From Candidatus Jordarchaeales archaeon (lineage in GTDB: Archaea > Asgardarchaeota > Jordiarchaeia > Jordiarchaeales > Freyrarchaeaceae), in NCBI GenBank assembly GCA_038858525.1, contig JAWCFL010000001.1, forward strand, positions 169,172-201,171: a stretch of DNA of 32,000 nt, written 5' to 3'. The notes below the pieces were generated by a model. That model was not told the origin of the DNA and did not search any database. It was given only the letters and a program-made list of their open reading frames with translations. Positions 1 through 8,900 of the stretch are shown piece by piece (within the stretch, counting starts at the first letter, position 1; every line of letters starts with the position of its first letter). The translations under genes and the position numbers were made by a program.

Positions 1-228
1 GGAAGGAAAGAATAGTTTAATTTCTCTTAAAAACCACGTTTTTGAGAGATAAAAGGACTCTTTGCCTTTTATTATTTGGAAAAAGTAGGATAAATGATGA
101 GGCGAGAAAGAAAAGTTTAAATTTTGACGGTTTGTTGGTAAATGCCGAAACACTATCTATAAAAAGGTTAATGGTATTCCTTAAGTTAAATGATTGTTAC
201 TAACTTAGATTTAGTGGTGGGAAAAGTT

Positions 229-879
229 TTGATAGAGAAGAGACTCTTAACGCTTAGAAAAAGGCTGAAGGCACGAAAGCCAGATTTTGTCAGGTGTGAA
301 AGCTGGAGATATGCTAGAGTGAAAACAAACTGGAGGAGACCAAGAGGGATAGATAACAAGATGAGAGAGAAAAAGAAAGGATGGCCTAAGGCGCCTAATG
401 TAGGTTACCGGGCGCCTAGAGAGGTGAGGTGCCTTCACCCCTCGGGATTTAAGGAGGTTATTGTTTGGAGGACTGAAGACTTAGAACAATTAGATCCTGA
501 AGTTCATGCCGTAAGGATTGCGGGTAATGTAGGTGACAGGAAAGCGTTTAAAATAATGGAAAAGGCTGAGGAGAAAGGGCTTTGGGTCATTAATCCGAGG
601 GTGGCTAAGGAAGAAGTTGAGGAGGAGCTTGTGGAGGAGCTTGTGGAGGCTGCAGATGTCGAGAAGGCTGAGCTAGAGGAGGGAACGCGCCTCTCCGAGG
701 TCGAATGGATCGATAGTGAAAGCGCTAAAAAGTTAGAGGAAGTTGGTGTGCTTACACTTAGAGCTCTTGCGGAGGAGGAAGACCTCGGAGAGCTTTCCGA
801 GATAACAGGGATACCTTTGAGTAAGCTTGAGGATTGGGTTAAGAGAGCTAAAGAAGCTAGCAAGGAGGAGAAGAAATGA
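229..879 (+). CDS. rpl32e: 50S ribosomal protein L32e with C-terminal acidic linker and helix-hairpin-helix-like extension
   Basis: L32e motifs (KPDFVRCESWRY, WRRPRGIDNKMR, GYRAP, LHPSG, VRIAGNVG). Start taken as TTG at 229 after an SD-like GGTGG; the ORF track opens at ATG 190. Confidence 0.93.
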   Translation: MIEKRLLTLRKRLKARKPDFVRCESWRYARVKTNWRRPRGIDNKMREKKKGWPKAPNVGYRAPREVRCLHPSGFKEVIVWRTEDLEQLDPEVHAVRIAGNVGDRKAFKIMEKAEEKGLWVINPRVAKEEVEEELVEELVEAADVEKAELEEGTRLSEVEWIDSESAKKLEEVGVLTLRALAEEEDLGELSEITGIPLSKLEDWVKRAKEASKEEKK

Positions 880-1325
880 ATTTATCTGTTCAGAGAAGAC
901 TTGCCGCCGAGATACTCAATGTTGGCGTAAACAGAGTCTGGTTTGATCCAGAAAAGCTGGAGGAGATTTCAGCCGCTGTTACGCGTGAAGATGTCCGTAG
1001 CCTGATAAAGCAGGGAGCAATAAAAGCCAAGCCGAAATTGGGAATTAGTAGAGCAAGGGCGAAAGAGCGGTATGAAAAGAGGAAAAGAGGACAGCGTAGG
1101 GGTATGGGAAGCAGGAAAGGAAAAGCTACCGCGCGTATGCCTAGGAAAGAAAAATGGATGATGAGAATTAGAGCTATAAGAGCCTTTCTTAAGCATTTAA
1201 GGGCTAGACGTATAATAACACAGAACACTTACAGAAAACTTTACAAAATGGCGAAGGGTGGTGCATTCGAAAGCGTTGCATACTTAAAGAACTACATAAA
1301 AGATAAGAGGCTGGCGAGAAAGTAA
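876..1325 (+). CDS. rpl19e: 50S ribosomal protein L19e
   Basis: QRRLAAEIL, RVWFDPE, GSRKGKATAR and WMMRIRAIR motifs; 4-nt overlap with L32e. Confidence 0.97.
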   Translation: MNLSVQRRLAAEILNVGVNRVWFDPEKLEEISAAVTREDVRSLIKQGAIKAKPKLGISRARAKERYEKRKRGQRRGMGSRKGKATARMPRKEKWMMRIRAIRAFLKHLRARRIITQNTYRKLYKMAKGGAFESVAYLKNYIKDKRLARK

Positions 1326-1339
1326 CGGAGAGTGTTCTT

Positions 1340-1936
1340 ATGGCGAGAGGGGCGCGCTATAGGTTAGCTTTCAGAAGGAGGCGTGAAGGAAGAACAGATT
1401 ACAGGCTTAGAAGGAAGCTGGTTATTTCCGGAATACCAAGGCTCGTGGTTCGTGGAAGTCTAAACAACTTCTCAGTACAACTAATAGAGTCAATGTTTGG
1501 CGGGGACAAAACATTGGTTTCAGCTCATTCGAAAGAATTGATTAAAAAATATGGTTGGAAAGGGCACTGCGGGAACGTACCTACAGCTTACCTAACAGGT
1601 TTTCTGCTGGCGTTAAAGGCTAAGAGAGCAGGATTAGAGCGCGCTATACTTGATATCGGTTTGCATCCTCCGGTTAAAGGAAGCCGGGTTTTTGCAGCCC
1701 TCAAAGGGGCACTAGACGGAGGAATGGACATCCCTCACGGGGAGGAAGTTCTCCCGAACGAAGAAAGAATAAGAGGAGAACATATAGCGGAGTACGCTAA
1801 GCAGCTTCTAGAGAGAAGCCCAGAGCTTTACGCTAAACGTTTTTCGTCTCAGATTAAGCGGGGAGTGCGACCGGAAGAGCTGCCCAAACATTTTGACAAG
1901 GTTAGAGAGGCCATGCTTAAGGAGTTTGGAGGTTAG
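1340..1936 (+). CDS. rpl18: 50S ribosomal protein L18 (uL18)
   Basis: RRRREGRTDY, PRLVVR, NVPTAYLTG, ILDIGL and ALKGALDGG motifs. Confidence 0.97.
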   Translation: MARGARYRLAFRRRREGRTDYRLRRKLVISGIPRLVVRGSLNNFSVQLIESMFGGDKTLVSAHSKELIKKYGWKGHCGNVPTAYLTGFLLALKAKRAGLERAILDIGLHPPVKGSRVFAALKGALDGGMDIPHGEEVLPNEERIRGEHIAEYAKQLLERSPELYAKRFSSQIKRGVRPEELPKHFDKVREAMLKEFGG

Positions 1937-1939
1937 ACT

Positions 1940-2566
1940 TTGGAGCCGAATGAACTGGACGTTTGGAAGCCTAGAACAGAACTGGGAAGACTCGTTAAAG
2001 AGGGGCGCATCACGAGCATAGATGAAATATTTGCGCAAGGATTAAAAATAAAGGAGCCACAAATTATTGATTTACTCTTACCAGGCCTAGAAGACGAAAT
2101 AGTAGGAGTAAGTGTCGTTCAGAAGCAAACAGATGCGGGGGAAAGAACAAGGTTTAAGGCACTAGTGGCTATCGGAAACAAGGGTGGTTACGTTGGACTG
2201 GGAACCGCTAAAGCTGCAGAAATAGGGCCAGCAATAAGAAAGGCTGTGATAAACGCAAAGATGTCAATAACACCTGTAAAGCTTGCTTGTGGGAGTTGGG
2301 AGTGCGGCTGTGGCGCTCCCCACACTCTTCCATTTAAAGTGTATGGAAAATCGGGGAGCGTTAGGATGACGCTGGTACCTGCTCCACGCGGCCTTGGGCT
2401 GGTGACTGCTGATGTTGCAAAGATAATTTTAAGACTTGCAGGCGTGAAGGACGCGTGGTCGTTTTCTAGGGGTCACACTAAAAACACGTTGAACTTAGCA
2501 TATGCTACCTTTAACGCACTTAAGCAGACCACTAAAATGCTTACTCCAAATGACTGGGGGCGTTAG
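1940..2566 (+). CDS. rps5: 30S ribosomal protein S5 (uS5)
   Basis: WKPRTELGRLV, QKQTDAGERTRF, GSWECGC and PAPRGLGLV motifs. Confidence 0.97.
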   Translation: MEPNELDVWKPRTELGRLVKEGRITSIDEIFAQGLKIKEPQIIDLLLPGLEDEIVGVSVVQKQTDAGERTRFKALVAIGNKGGYVGLGTAKAAEIGPAIRKAVINAKMSITPVKLACGSWECGCGAPHTLPFKVYGKSGSVRMTLVPAPRGLGLVTADVAKIILRLAGVKDAWSFSRGHTKNTLNLAYATFNALKQTTKMLTPNDWGR

Positions 2567-2567
2567 G

Positions 2568-3047
2568 TTGAGCGACGTTAAATTACTTGCAGTAGTAAGA
2601 ATAAGAGGAGACGTGGGTGTTAGAAGAGAAATACGTGAAACATTAAAAATGTTAAGGTTAAATAAAGTTCATCACGCGGTAATAGTGCCAGAAACGCCGA
2701 GCTATAAAGGCATGCTTCAGAAAGTCAAGGATTACGTAACCTGGGGAGAAATAAGCAAGGAAACACTGGTTCTCCTCCTCGAAAGAAGAGGATTGCTTGA
2801 GGGTAATAAACGCCTAACAAACGACTTCCTCGCAGAAAATCTGAAGATAAAATCAATAGAGAGTTTAGCTGAAAAAATATACAATGGAGAAATAAGGCTA
2901 AGCGACGTGCCAAAACTTAAGCCAATTTTTAGGTTGCATCCTCCCAGAGGAGGCTTCACGAGGAAAAAGAAGAGGCCTTATAGAGATGGAGGGGAACTCG
3001 GCTATAGGGGAGCAGACATAAATAGGCTAATCGAGAGAATGGCCTAG
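2568..3047 (+). CDS. rpl30: 50S ribosomal protein L30 (uL30, long archaeal form)
   Basis: AVVRIRG, TLKMLRL, GMLQKVKDYVTWGE, FRLHPPRGGF and GELGYRG motifs. TTG start at 2568 directly after the S5 stop. Confidence 0.95.
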   Translation: MSDVKLLAVVRIRGDVGVRREIRETLKMLRLNKVHHAVIVPETPSYKGMLQKVKDYVTWGEISKETLVLLLERRGLLEGNKRLTNDFLAENLKIKSIESLAEKIYNGEIRLSDVPKLKPIFRLHPPRGGFTRKKKRPYRDGGELGYRGADINRLIERMA

Positions 3048-3069
3048 CCTGAAGAGGGGTGTTATAGTC

Positions 3070-3492
3070 ATGATTAGGAGAAGAAAGCGGACACGGAAAA
3101 TGAGGGGAAGCAGGACTCATGGATATGGTAGAGTGGGACAACACAGAGGAAGCGGACAGCGTGGCGGCAAGGGTAATGCAGGCGGACATAAACATTTTTG
3201 GGTTTGGGTTTTGAAGTATGCTAGAGACTATTTCGGAAAGCACGGCTTTAAGAGGCATGGAGTGTCTAGGGAATGGATAACTTTGAATGTAAGCGATATC
3301 GATGAGGGACTGGAAAACTTTAAGTCGGGAGAAGAAGGCGGCATCCCGCTAGTGGACTTAACAGAAATAGGATACGTTAAAGTTCTCGGCTCCGGAAAAG
3401 TAACTAAACCAGTAATAGTTAAGGCGCACGCTTTCAGCGAGTCAGCAATAAAAAAGATTGAAGAAGTGGGAGGAAAAATAATAAAGGCTTAA
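3070..3492 (+). CDS. rpl15: 50S ribosomal protein L15 (uL15)
   Basis: RGSRTHGYG, GGKGNAG, FGKHGF and KVLGSG motifs. Confidence 0.97.
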   Translation: MIRRRKRTRKMRGSRTHGYGRVGQHRGSGQRGGKGNAGGHKHFWVWVLKYARDYFGKHGFKRHGVSREWITLNVSDIDEGLENFKSGEEGGIPLVDLTEIGYVKVLGSGKVTKPVIVKAHAFSESAIKKIEEVGGKIIKA

Positions 3493-3551
3493 TTTTCTCC
3501 CAAAAGAGAACAATAGAAGGTAACTAAAACTTAAATTACGCAGGAAAACTG

Positions 3552-5216
3552 GTGAACATTATGGCTGGCACTTTTTTGAAGTTTTTCAAACCACTGATCC
3601 GTTTTATGCCGGAGGTTAAGCCTCCTGAGCGGAAGGTTAGCTTCAGAGAGAAATTATTATGGACTGGCGTCATTTTAGTTCTCTACTTAATAATGGCGAA
3701 CCTTCCACTTTACGGCGTCCCTCAAGGGCAGGGATATGACTACTTGTATTTTCTCAGAGTTATCCTTGCCTCGTCTAGAGGAACGCTAATGGAGCTGGGC
3801 ATAGGACCCATAGTTACCGCAGGCCTCGTTATGCAACTGCTTGCCGGCTCAAAACTGATCGATGTTGACTTCTCAAATCCTGAGGATAGAGCGCTTTTCA
3901 CCGGAGCACAAAAAGCACTCGCAGTTCTGATGACGATGATAGAAGCAGGAGTATTCATTTTCGCCAGGGCATATGGCGACTTGACAGTTTACCAGGCTGC
4001 ACTGGTTTTCCTTCAGTTAACTGTTGCAGGAGTAGTTCTTATACTAATGGATGAAACGCTGCAAAAAGGCTGGGGATTAGGAAGTGGGATAAGCCTGTTC
4101 ATAGCAGCTAACGTAGCTGGACAGATCCTCTGGCTTTCTCTGAACCCCAATCCGAGCCCATACGACTACCTCGGAGTGGGCGTACTCGTAGCGTTAGTTC
4201 AGGTGATCACGTTCCCCTACTGGCCTGCAGCATCAATGTTCATGCAAGTTCTAGGTTCCTATCCTACGTTTCAGCGTCTTAGTGAGGAGGCGATTTCAGC
4301 TGCTACTCAGGCAGCAACCTACATGTTCTACTACATCGCGTTTAACCCGAGAGCCGCACTATACTACGTTTTCTTCAGGCCTCAAGGTCAGCCAAACGTG
4401 ATTGGGCTTATAGGCACATTAATCGTCTTTCTGATAGTAATATTTATTCAGAGCGTGAGAGTTGAAATACCTCTCCAGTATGCGCGCTTTAGAGGCTTTA
4501 GGGGGAGGTATCCGATAAAGTTTCTTTACGTGTCAGTTATACCGGTTATTCTGGTTCAAGCTATAATTGCGAACATACTACTGGTTTCGCAGGTTTTATG
4601 GTCTAATGTGGGGTTCATTTCACTGGCACAGCTTATACCATTCCTGGAAAGTGCTTGGCCGGACATTGATCTAAGCTCGTTAGCACCGTTTGCCAGCGTC
4701 GGGTGGAACTTTAACCCGTTGGTTAATATTTTGGGGCAATTTATTCCTTCCACAACTAATTTAAACCAGTTAACTCCAGCTGGAGGAATAGCCTATTACT
4801 TCTCAACACCCTACGGGTTAGATAACGTTTTCAGGGATCCGGGACGGGCACTAGTTTATCTCGCCATTTTCTCCTCACTTTGCGCTGCACTTTCATATAT
4901 ATGGATAGATGTGTCCGGAATGAGCGCGAGGGACGTAGCTAATCAGTTAATAATGGCGGGAATGCAGGTTCCAGGATTTAGGAGGTCTCCTAAGATAGTA
5001 GAGAAGCTCCTTGAGAGGTATATTCCACCTGTTACGGTGCTTGGCGGATTTGCGGTAGGGTTGCTGGCGGCGTTCGCCGACTTCCTTGGGGCTCTGGGAA
5101 CCGGAACAGGAGTTTTGCTGACTGTGGGAATACTTTATAATTACTACGAGCTAATTGCAAAGGAGCAGTTGGCCTCGATGAGTCCTGCATTAAGAGGGTT
5201 GCTGGGATTAGAGTAA
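3552..5216 (+). CDS. secY: Preprotein translocase SecY/Sec61alpha, with enlarged loops
   Basis: KLLWTG, GTLMELGIGPIVTAG, GWGLGSGISLFI, YPIKFLYVSVIP, VPGFR and LGTGTGVLLTVG motifs. Start is GTG 3552 or ATG 3561. Confidence 0.97.
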   Translation: MNIMAGTFLKFFKPLIRFMPEVKPPERKVSFREKLLWTGVILVLYLIMANLPLYGVPQGQGYDYLYFLRVILASSRGTLMELGIGPIVTAGLVMQLLAGSKLIDVDFSNPEDRALFTGAQKALAVLMTMIEAGVFIFARAYGDLTVYQAALVFLQLTVAGVVLILMDETLQKGWGLGSGISLFIAANVAGQILWLSLNPNPSPYDYLGVGVLVALVQVITFPYWPAASMFMQVLGSYPTFQRLSEEAISAATQAATYMFYYIAFNPRAALYYVFFRPQGQPNVIGLIGTLIVFLIVIFIQSVRVEIPLQYARFRGFRGRYPIKFLYVSVIPVILVQAIIANILLVSQVLWSNVGFISLAQLIPFLESAWPDIDLSSLAPFASVGWNFNPLVNILGQFIPSTTNLNQLTPAGGIAYYFSTPYGLDNVFRDPGRALVYLAIFSSLCAALSYIWIDVSGMSARDVANQLIMAGMQVPGFRRSPKIVEKLLERYIPPVTVLGGFAVGLLAAFADFLGALGTGTGVLLTVGILYNYYELIAKEQLASMSPALRGLLGLE

Positions 5217-5242
5217 GAGAAATAAAAAAGGGAGGAGTTTGA

Positions 5243-5857
5243 TTGATTGAAGATGGAGTTGTTGTGGTGGTTACCGGAGTTCCCGGAGTAGGTAAAACCA
5301 CGGTGATCGATGCTGCCGTGAAGGCGGCGAAAAGTGAAGGGATAAACGTTACATTGATGAATTATGGGACAGTGATGTTTGAAATAGCAAAGGCTAGGGG
5401 GCTCGTTGAAAACAGGGACCAGATGAGGAAGCTGCCTTCAAGTGTTCAGAGGGAGGTGCAAAGGCTTGCAGCAAAGAGAATCGCAGAGGCGGCAAGGGAA
5501 GGCATAGTTCTCGTCGATACGCATATGCTAATTAATACTCCTGAAGGCTTCCTTCCGGGAATACCGGTGTGGGTTGCAGAAAACCTTAGACCGAGCGTAT
5601 TAGTGCTGGTTGAAGCAGACCCGGAAGAAATAAGAAACAGGAGAAGGAAGGACGAAACGAGGGAGAGAGACTTGCAGCCCGTGGAGGAAATTCGTTTACA
5701 TCAAGAAATGTGTAGGGCAGTGGCCGCCGCGTGTGCGACCCTTACGGGCGCCACCATAGCTGTAATACCTAATCATGATGGAAAAGCGCATGAAGCAGCC
5801 GAGATGGTCTTTAATCTTTTCAAAGCGATAGCGGCAAAGCTCAAAGAGGTGTCATAG
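5243..5857 (+). CDS. adkA: Archaeal adenylate kinase
   Basis: P-loop GVPGVGKTT plus NYGTVM, RDQMRKL and VDTH motifs; position after secY. Confidence 0.95.
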   Translation: MIEDGVVVVVTGVPGVGKTTVIDAAVKAAKSEGINVTLMNYGTVMFEIAKARGLVENRDQMRKLPSSVQREVQRLAAKRIAEAAREGIVLVDTHMLINTPEGFLPGIPVWVAENLRPSVLVLVEADPEEIRNRRRKDETRERDLQPVEEIRLHQEMCRAVAAACATLTGATIAVIPNHDGKAHEAAEMVFNLFKAIAAKLKEVS

Positions 5858-6571
5858 TTGTGGAGTCCTTCTCTTCCGCCGTGCTCAACATTAATAGTGC
5901 TTGGAGTGGCGATTTTAGTCACGCTAACTTCAAGTATAGTCAACCGTTTACTTCTACCCGTGGCTAAAATAAGACGGTATACGCGCGAAATAAGAAAATG
6001 GAGAGAAGCAATGCAGAAGGCGCGAGAAACAGGAGATGAAAAACTTATGCTGAAGGTTAAAAGGAGGCAAAGGCTTATCGAGAGAATGCAGAGAGAGCAA
6101 GCAAGCCTTCAGTTCAGGCCGATGCTCGTCTACCTTATACCATTTTTAGTCTTATTCTATTATCTGAACAGCTTTTACAGTTTCCCGTTTGGCCCGGTCG
6201 TCTCGCCAACCATCGTAGCTATACTGCCCATCTCAGCCATGGAGGTCCCAGGCTTCCCCGCAGGAACATTTGGAGGGTACGTCAGCCCCCTGCTCACCGA
6301 CGTTGCATTGGCTTACCCGGCATTCTTCGCTCTGTGGCCTAGGATATATCTCATGCAGGTGATCCCGGGACTTTCAGAGCTCCAAGTGCTTTTGAACGTT
6401 ATTAATCTGGTGTCAGGTTTAAGCTTGGAGTTGCCGATCTCTCCCGTCGTTGACGGCTGGGCGCCAATACCGGGATTTGGTTTATGGTTTATTTGGTGGT
6501 ATTTCATGTCAAGCATTGCTTTTGGAGGCCTTTTCCAGCGCCTCTTTGGAGTTTATATTCAACAGACGTGA
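5858..6571 (+). CDS. DUF106 / EMC3-TMCO1-like Oxa1-superfamily membrane protein
   Basis: TM1, then a basic coiled coil (KIRRYTREIRKWREAMQKA...), then FRPML and C-terminal WYF TMs. Conserved position between adk and L34e; SD GAGGTG before the TTG. Confidence 0.88.
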   Translation: MWSPSLPPCSTLIVLGVAILVTLTSSIVNRLLLPVAKIRRYTREIRKWREAMQKARETGDEKLMLKVKRRQRLIERMQREQASLQFRPMLVYLIPFLVLFYYLNSFYSFPFGPVVSPTIVAILPISAMEVPGFPAGTFGGYVSPLLTDVALAYPAFFALWPRIYLMQVIPGLSELQVLLNVINLVSGLSLELPISPVVDGWAPIPGFGLWFIWWYFMSSIAFGGLFQRLFGVYIQQT

Positions 6572-6580
6572 GGTGAGAGT

Positions 6581-6850
6581 GTGCCGGAGCCAAAGTTAAG
6601 GTCCAGGAGTTTTAAAAGAAAAAAGGTTCGAACCCCTGGAGGACGGATAGCAGATCATTACTGGAGAAGTACTTCAAGAAGGTACAAGTGCGCGCTGTGC
6701 GGCGGTGTGCTTCACGGGTGCCCCACGAACAAGTACGAGGAAAAAGAGGCAAAAACCAAAAAAAGACCCGAGAGACCGTATGGAGGCTATCTCTGTCATC
6801 GCTGCCTCAGAATGGCTTTGAAAAATAAATTAATGCAGGAGGCTGTCTAA
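6581..6850 (+). CDS. rpl34e: 50S ribosomal protein L34e
   Basis: RTPGG, CALCG..LHG and KRPERPYGGYLC motifs. Confidence 0.96.
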   Translation: MPEPKLRSRSFKRKKVRTPGGRIADHYWRSTSRRYKCALCGGVLHGCPTNKYEEKEAKTKKRPERPYGGYLCHRCLRMALKNKLMQEAV

Positions 6851-6855
6851 AGGCT

Positions 6856-7455
6856 TTGGTGGTAATTACGATTAGCGGTCTCCATGGGACGGGAAAAACC
6901 ACGCAAGCCAAGTTCCTAGCCAAGCGTTTCGGGCTAAGATATGTTTCAGCAGGAGAGATAATGAGGAAAATGGCTGAGGAAAGAGGCATAAGCCTCGAGG
7001 AATTCTCAAGAATAGCTGAAAATGACCCTCTGATCGATAGACAGATCGATGAAAGAATGATTTCAGAGGCTGAGAAGGGAAACGTGGTTTTGGATGGACG
7101 GCTGACAGCCTGGATGGCGGGAGATAAAGCAGACATTAAGATTCTGTTGACGGCGCCACTTGATATCCGAGTTGAAAGAATAGCTAAAAGAGAAGGCAAG
7201 AGCATTGAAGAAGCTTTAAAAGAGACGGTGATAAGAGAGGAAAGCGAGAAAAAAAGGTTTATGGACATATATGGCATAGACGTAGACGACTGCAGTGTGT
7301 TCGACATTGTGGTAAACACAGCCTTGTGGGACGAGAAATCCGTGGGGAAGCTGCTTGAGCTCTTGGTTGAAGCCTATTCAGCCTCGTCCTCTAAAAGAAA
7401 TGAAGCTTCCGAGGCAACTCGGATGATGGATCGAGGAGAGATGGAGGTGAAATAA
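6856..7455 (+). CDS. cmk: Cytidylate kinase
   Basis: ISGLHGTGKTT, SAGEIMR, IDRQID and LDGRL motifs. Confidence 0.95.
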   Translation: MVVITISGLHGTGKTTQAKFLAKRFGLRYVSAGEIMRKMAEERGISLEEFSRIAENDPLIDRQIDERMISEAEKGNVVLDGRLTAWMAGDKADIKILLTAPLDIRVERIAKREGKSIEEALKETVIREESEKKRFMDIYGIDVDDCSVFDIVVNTALWDEKSVGKLLELLVEAYSASSSKRNEASEATRMMDRGEMEVK

Positions 7456-7728
7456 ATGGCGTTAAGACCTGGAAGCATATGTGTTAAAACAGCTGGAAGA
7501 GAAGCGGGAAAGAAGTGTGTTGTGGTTGACATGCTGGATAAAAACTTTGTCTTAATAACCGGTCCGCCCAGCTTGAACGGTGTTAAGAGAAGAAGAGCGA
7601 ACATTAAACACTTAGAGGCAACAGGAGAGCATGTAGATATTCCGAAGGGGGCAGACGACGAACTCGTCTTAAAGAAGCTGGAAGAGGCGGGTTTAGCTGA
7701 GAAGCTGAAGGAGAAGATTAAAGTCTAA
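7456..7728 (+). CDS. rpl14e: 50S ribosomal protein L14e
   Basis: GSICVKTAGREAGKKCVVVD, FVLITGP and VKRRRANIKHLE motifs. Confidence 0.96.
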   Translation: MALRPGSICVKTAGREAGKKCVVVDMLDKNFVLITGPPSLNGVKRRRANIKHLEATGEHVDIPKGADDELVLKKLEEAGLAEKLKEKIKV

Positions 7729-7766
7729 TCTTCCCTTTAGCTTATTTTTTACTTTAAATTTAATTA

Positions 7767-8828
7767 ATGACGGTGATTTATGTGCCCAAGATCATTCCGC
7801 CGGAGGGTTTGAAAAGAAAGGTTATCGTTAAGAGTGAAGAGGAAACCAGTGAGGAGTACGGTAAACGTCCTAGCGAGAGGAGTGTGGAGGAGCTTTTAGA
7901 GGGGTGCTTCGTGAACATAGATAAGCCGGCAGGCCCGACCAGCCACGAAGTTTCTTCCTGGGTAAGGAGAATTTTGGGTTGCTCAAAAACTGGACATGCA
8001 GGGACACTAGAACCCCTTCAGACTTTGAAGGGGTGGTGAAATCCTAAGGTTACTGGGGTCTTGCCGGTTGCGGTAGGGTCTGCTACAAAGGTTATACAGG
8101 CCCTTCACCTTATAGGGAAAGAATACGTTTGCGTTATGAGGCTCCACGAGGATGTTGAGGGCGAAAGGATCAAGAAGATCTGTAAGGAGTTTACTGGGCC
8201 AATCTATCAGAGGCCGCCGATACGTTCCTCGGTGAAGCGAAGGCTTAGAGTAAGACGGATATATTACCTCGACGTGCTTGAGGTGGAAGGAAGAAATGTC
8301 CTGCTGAGAATAGGATGCGAGTCTGGGACGTACATAAGGAAGCTTTGCCACGACATAGGGGAGGCGTTAGGGTGCGGCGCTCACATGCGCGAGCTTAGAA
8401 GAACTCGAAGTGGACCTTTTACCGAGAGAAACATGGTAACGCTACACGACTTAAAGGACGCCTATGTTTTTTGGAAGGAGGAGGGTGATGAAGCTCCCAT
8501 CAGAAAAGTGTTATTACCAGTAGAGGAGGGAGTGCAGCACTTGCCCAAGTTTTTCGTGAGGGACTCAGCTGTTGACGCCATATGTCATGGAGCGGACTTA
8601 GCTGTTCCCGGCGTAGTCAAGCTTGAAGATGGAGTGGAGAAGGGTGATGTGGTCGCGATCTTGACTCTTAAGGGTGAACTAGTCGCTCTGGGCGTTGCCC
8701 TGATGACCGTAGAGGAAGTTGTAAGAGAAAAGCGGGGAATAGCGGTTAAAACGACAAGAGTAATAATGAGCAAAGGAACTTACCCAAAACTCTGGAAAAG
8801 CAAGAAGAATAGCGGTTCAATCACGTAG
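7767..8828 (+). CDS. cbf5: H/ACA pseudouridine synthase Cbf5, two exons (7767-8010, 8041-8828), 343 aa spliced
   Basis: [12 protein letters not shown] and GHAGTL upstream; [20 protein letters not shown] and the PUA domain downstream. Both ORF-track pieces share a frame and are separated by a 30-nt hairpin insertion containing TGA. Removing it gives GHAGTLDPKVTG. Confidence 0.96.
8011..8040 (+). other. 30-nt BHB intron in cbf5 mRNA
   Basis: Exon helix GGGA/UCCU; central helix CACU/GGUG; bulges AG|A and AA|A; intron stem ACCCCUUCA/UGAAGGGGU with loop GACUU. It splits the catalytic Asp codon (G|AT). Confidence 0.95.
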
Positions 8829-8900
8829 TTTTACATTCCCGAAAAATATAAAATACCACTAAACTTCTTCATTCCTAAAAAGGCGGGAGGTTAACAGAGG

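Noticed and set aside
4146-4190. Hairpin TCCGAG...CTCGGA and CCCA/TGGG pairing in the secY insertion as another intron
   Set aside because: I could not build two 3-nt bulges around a 4-bp helix, the frame is open, and no conserved motif is restored by excision.
8037-8039. In-frame TGA in cbf5 as selenocysteine or readthrough
   Set aside because: Readthrough would leave Glu instead of the catalytic Asp plus 10 extra residues. BHB excision restores the exact motif.
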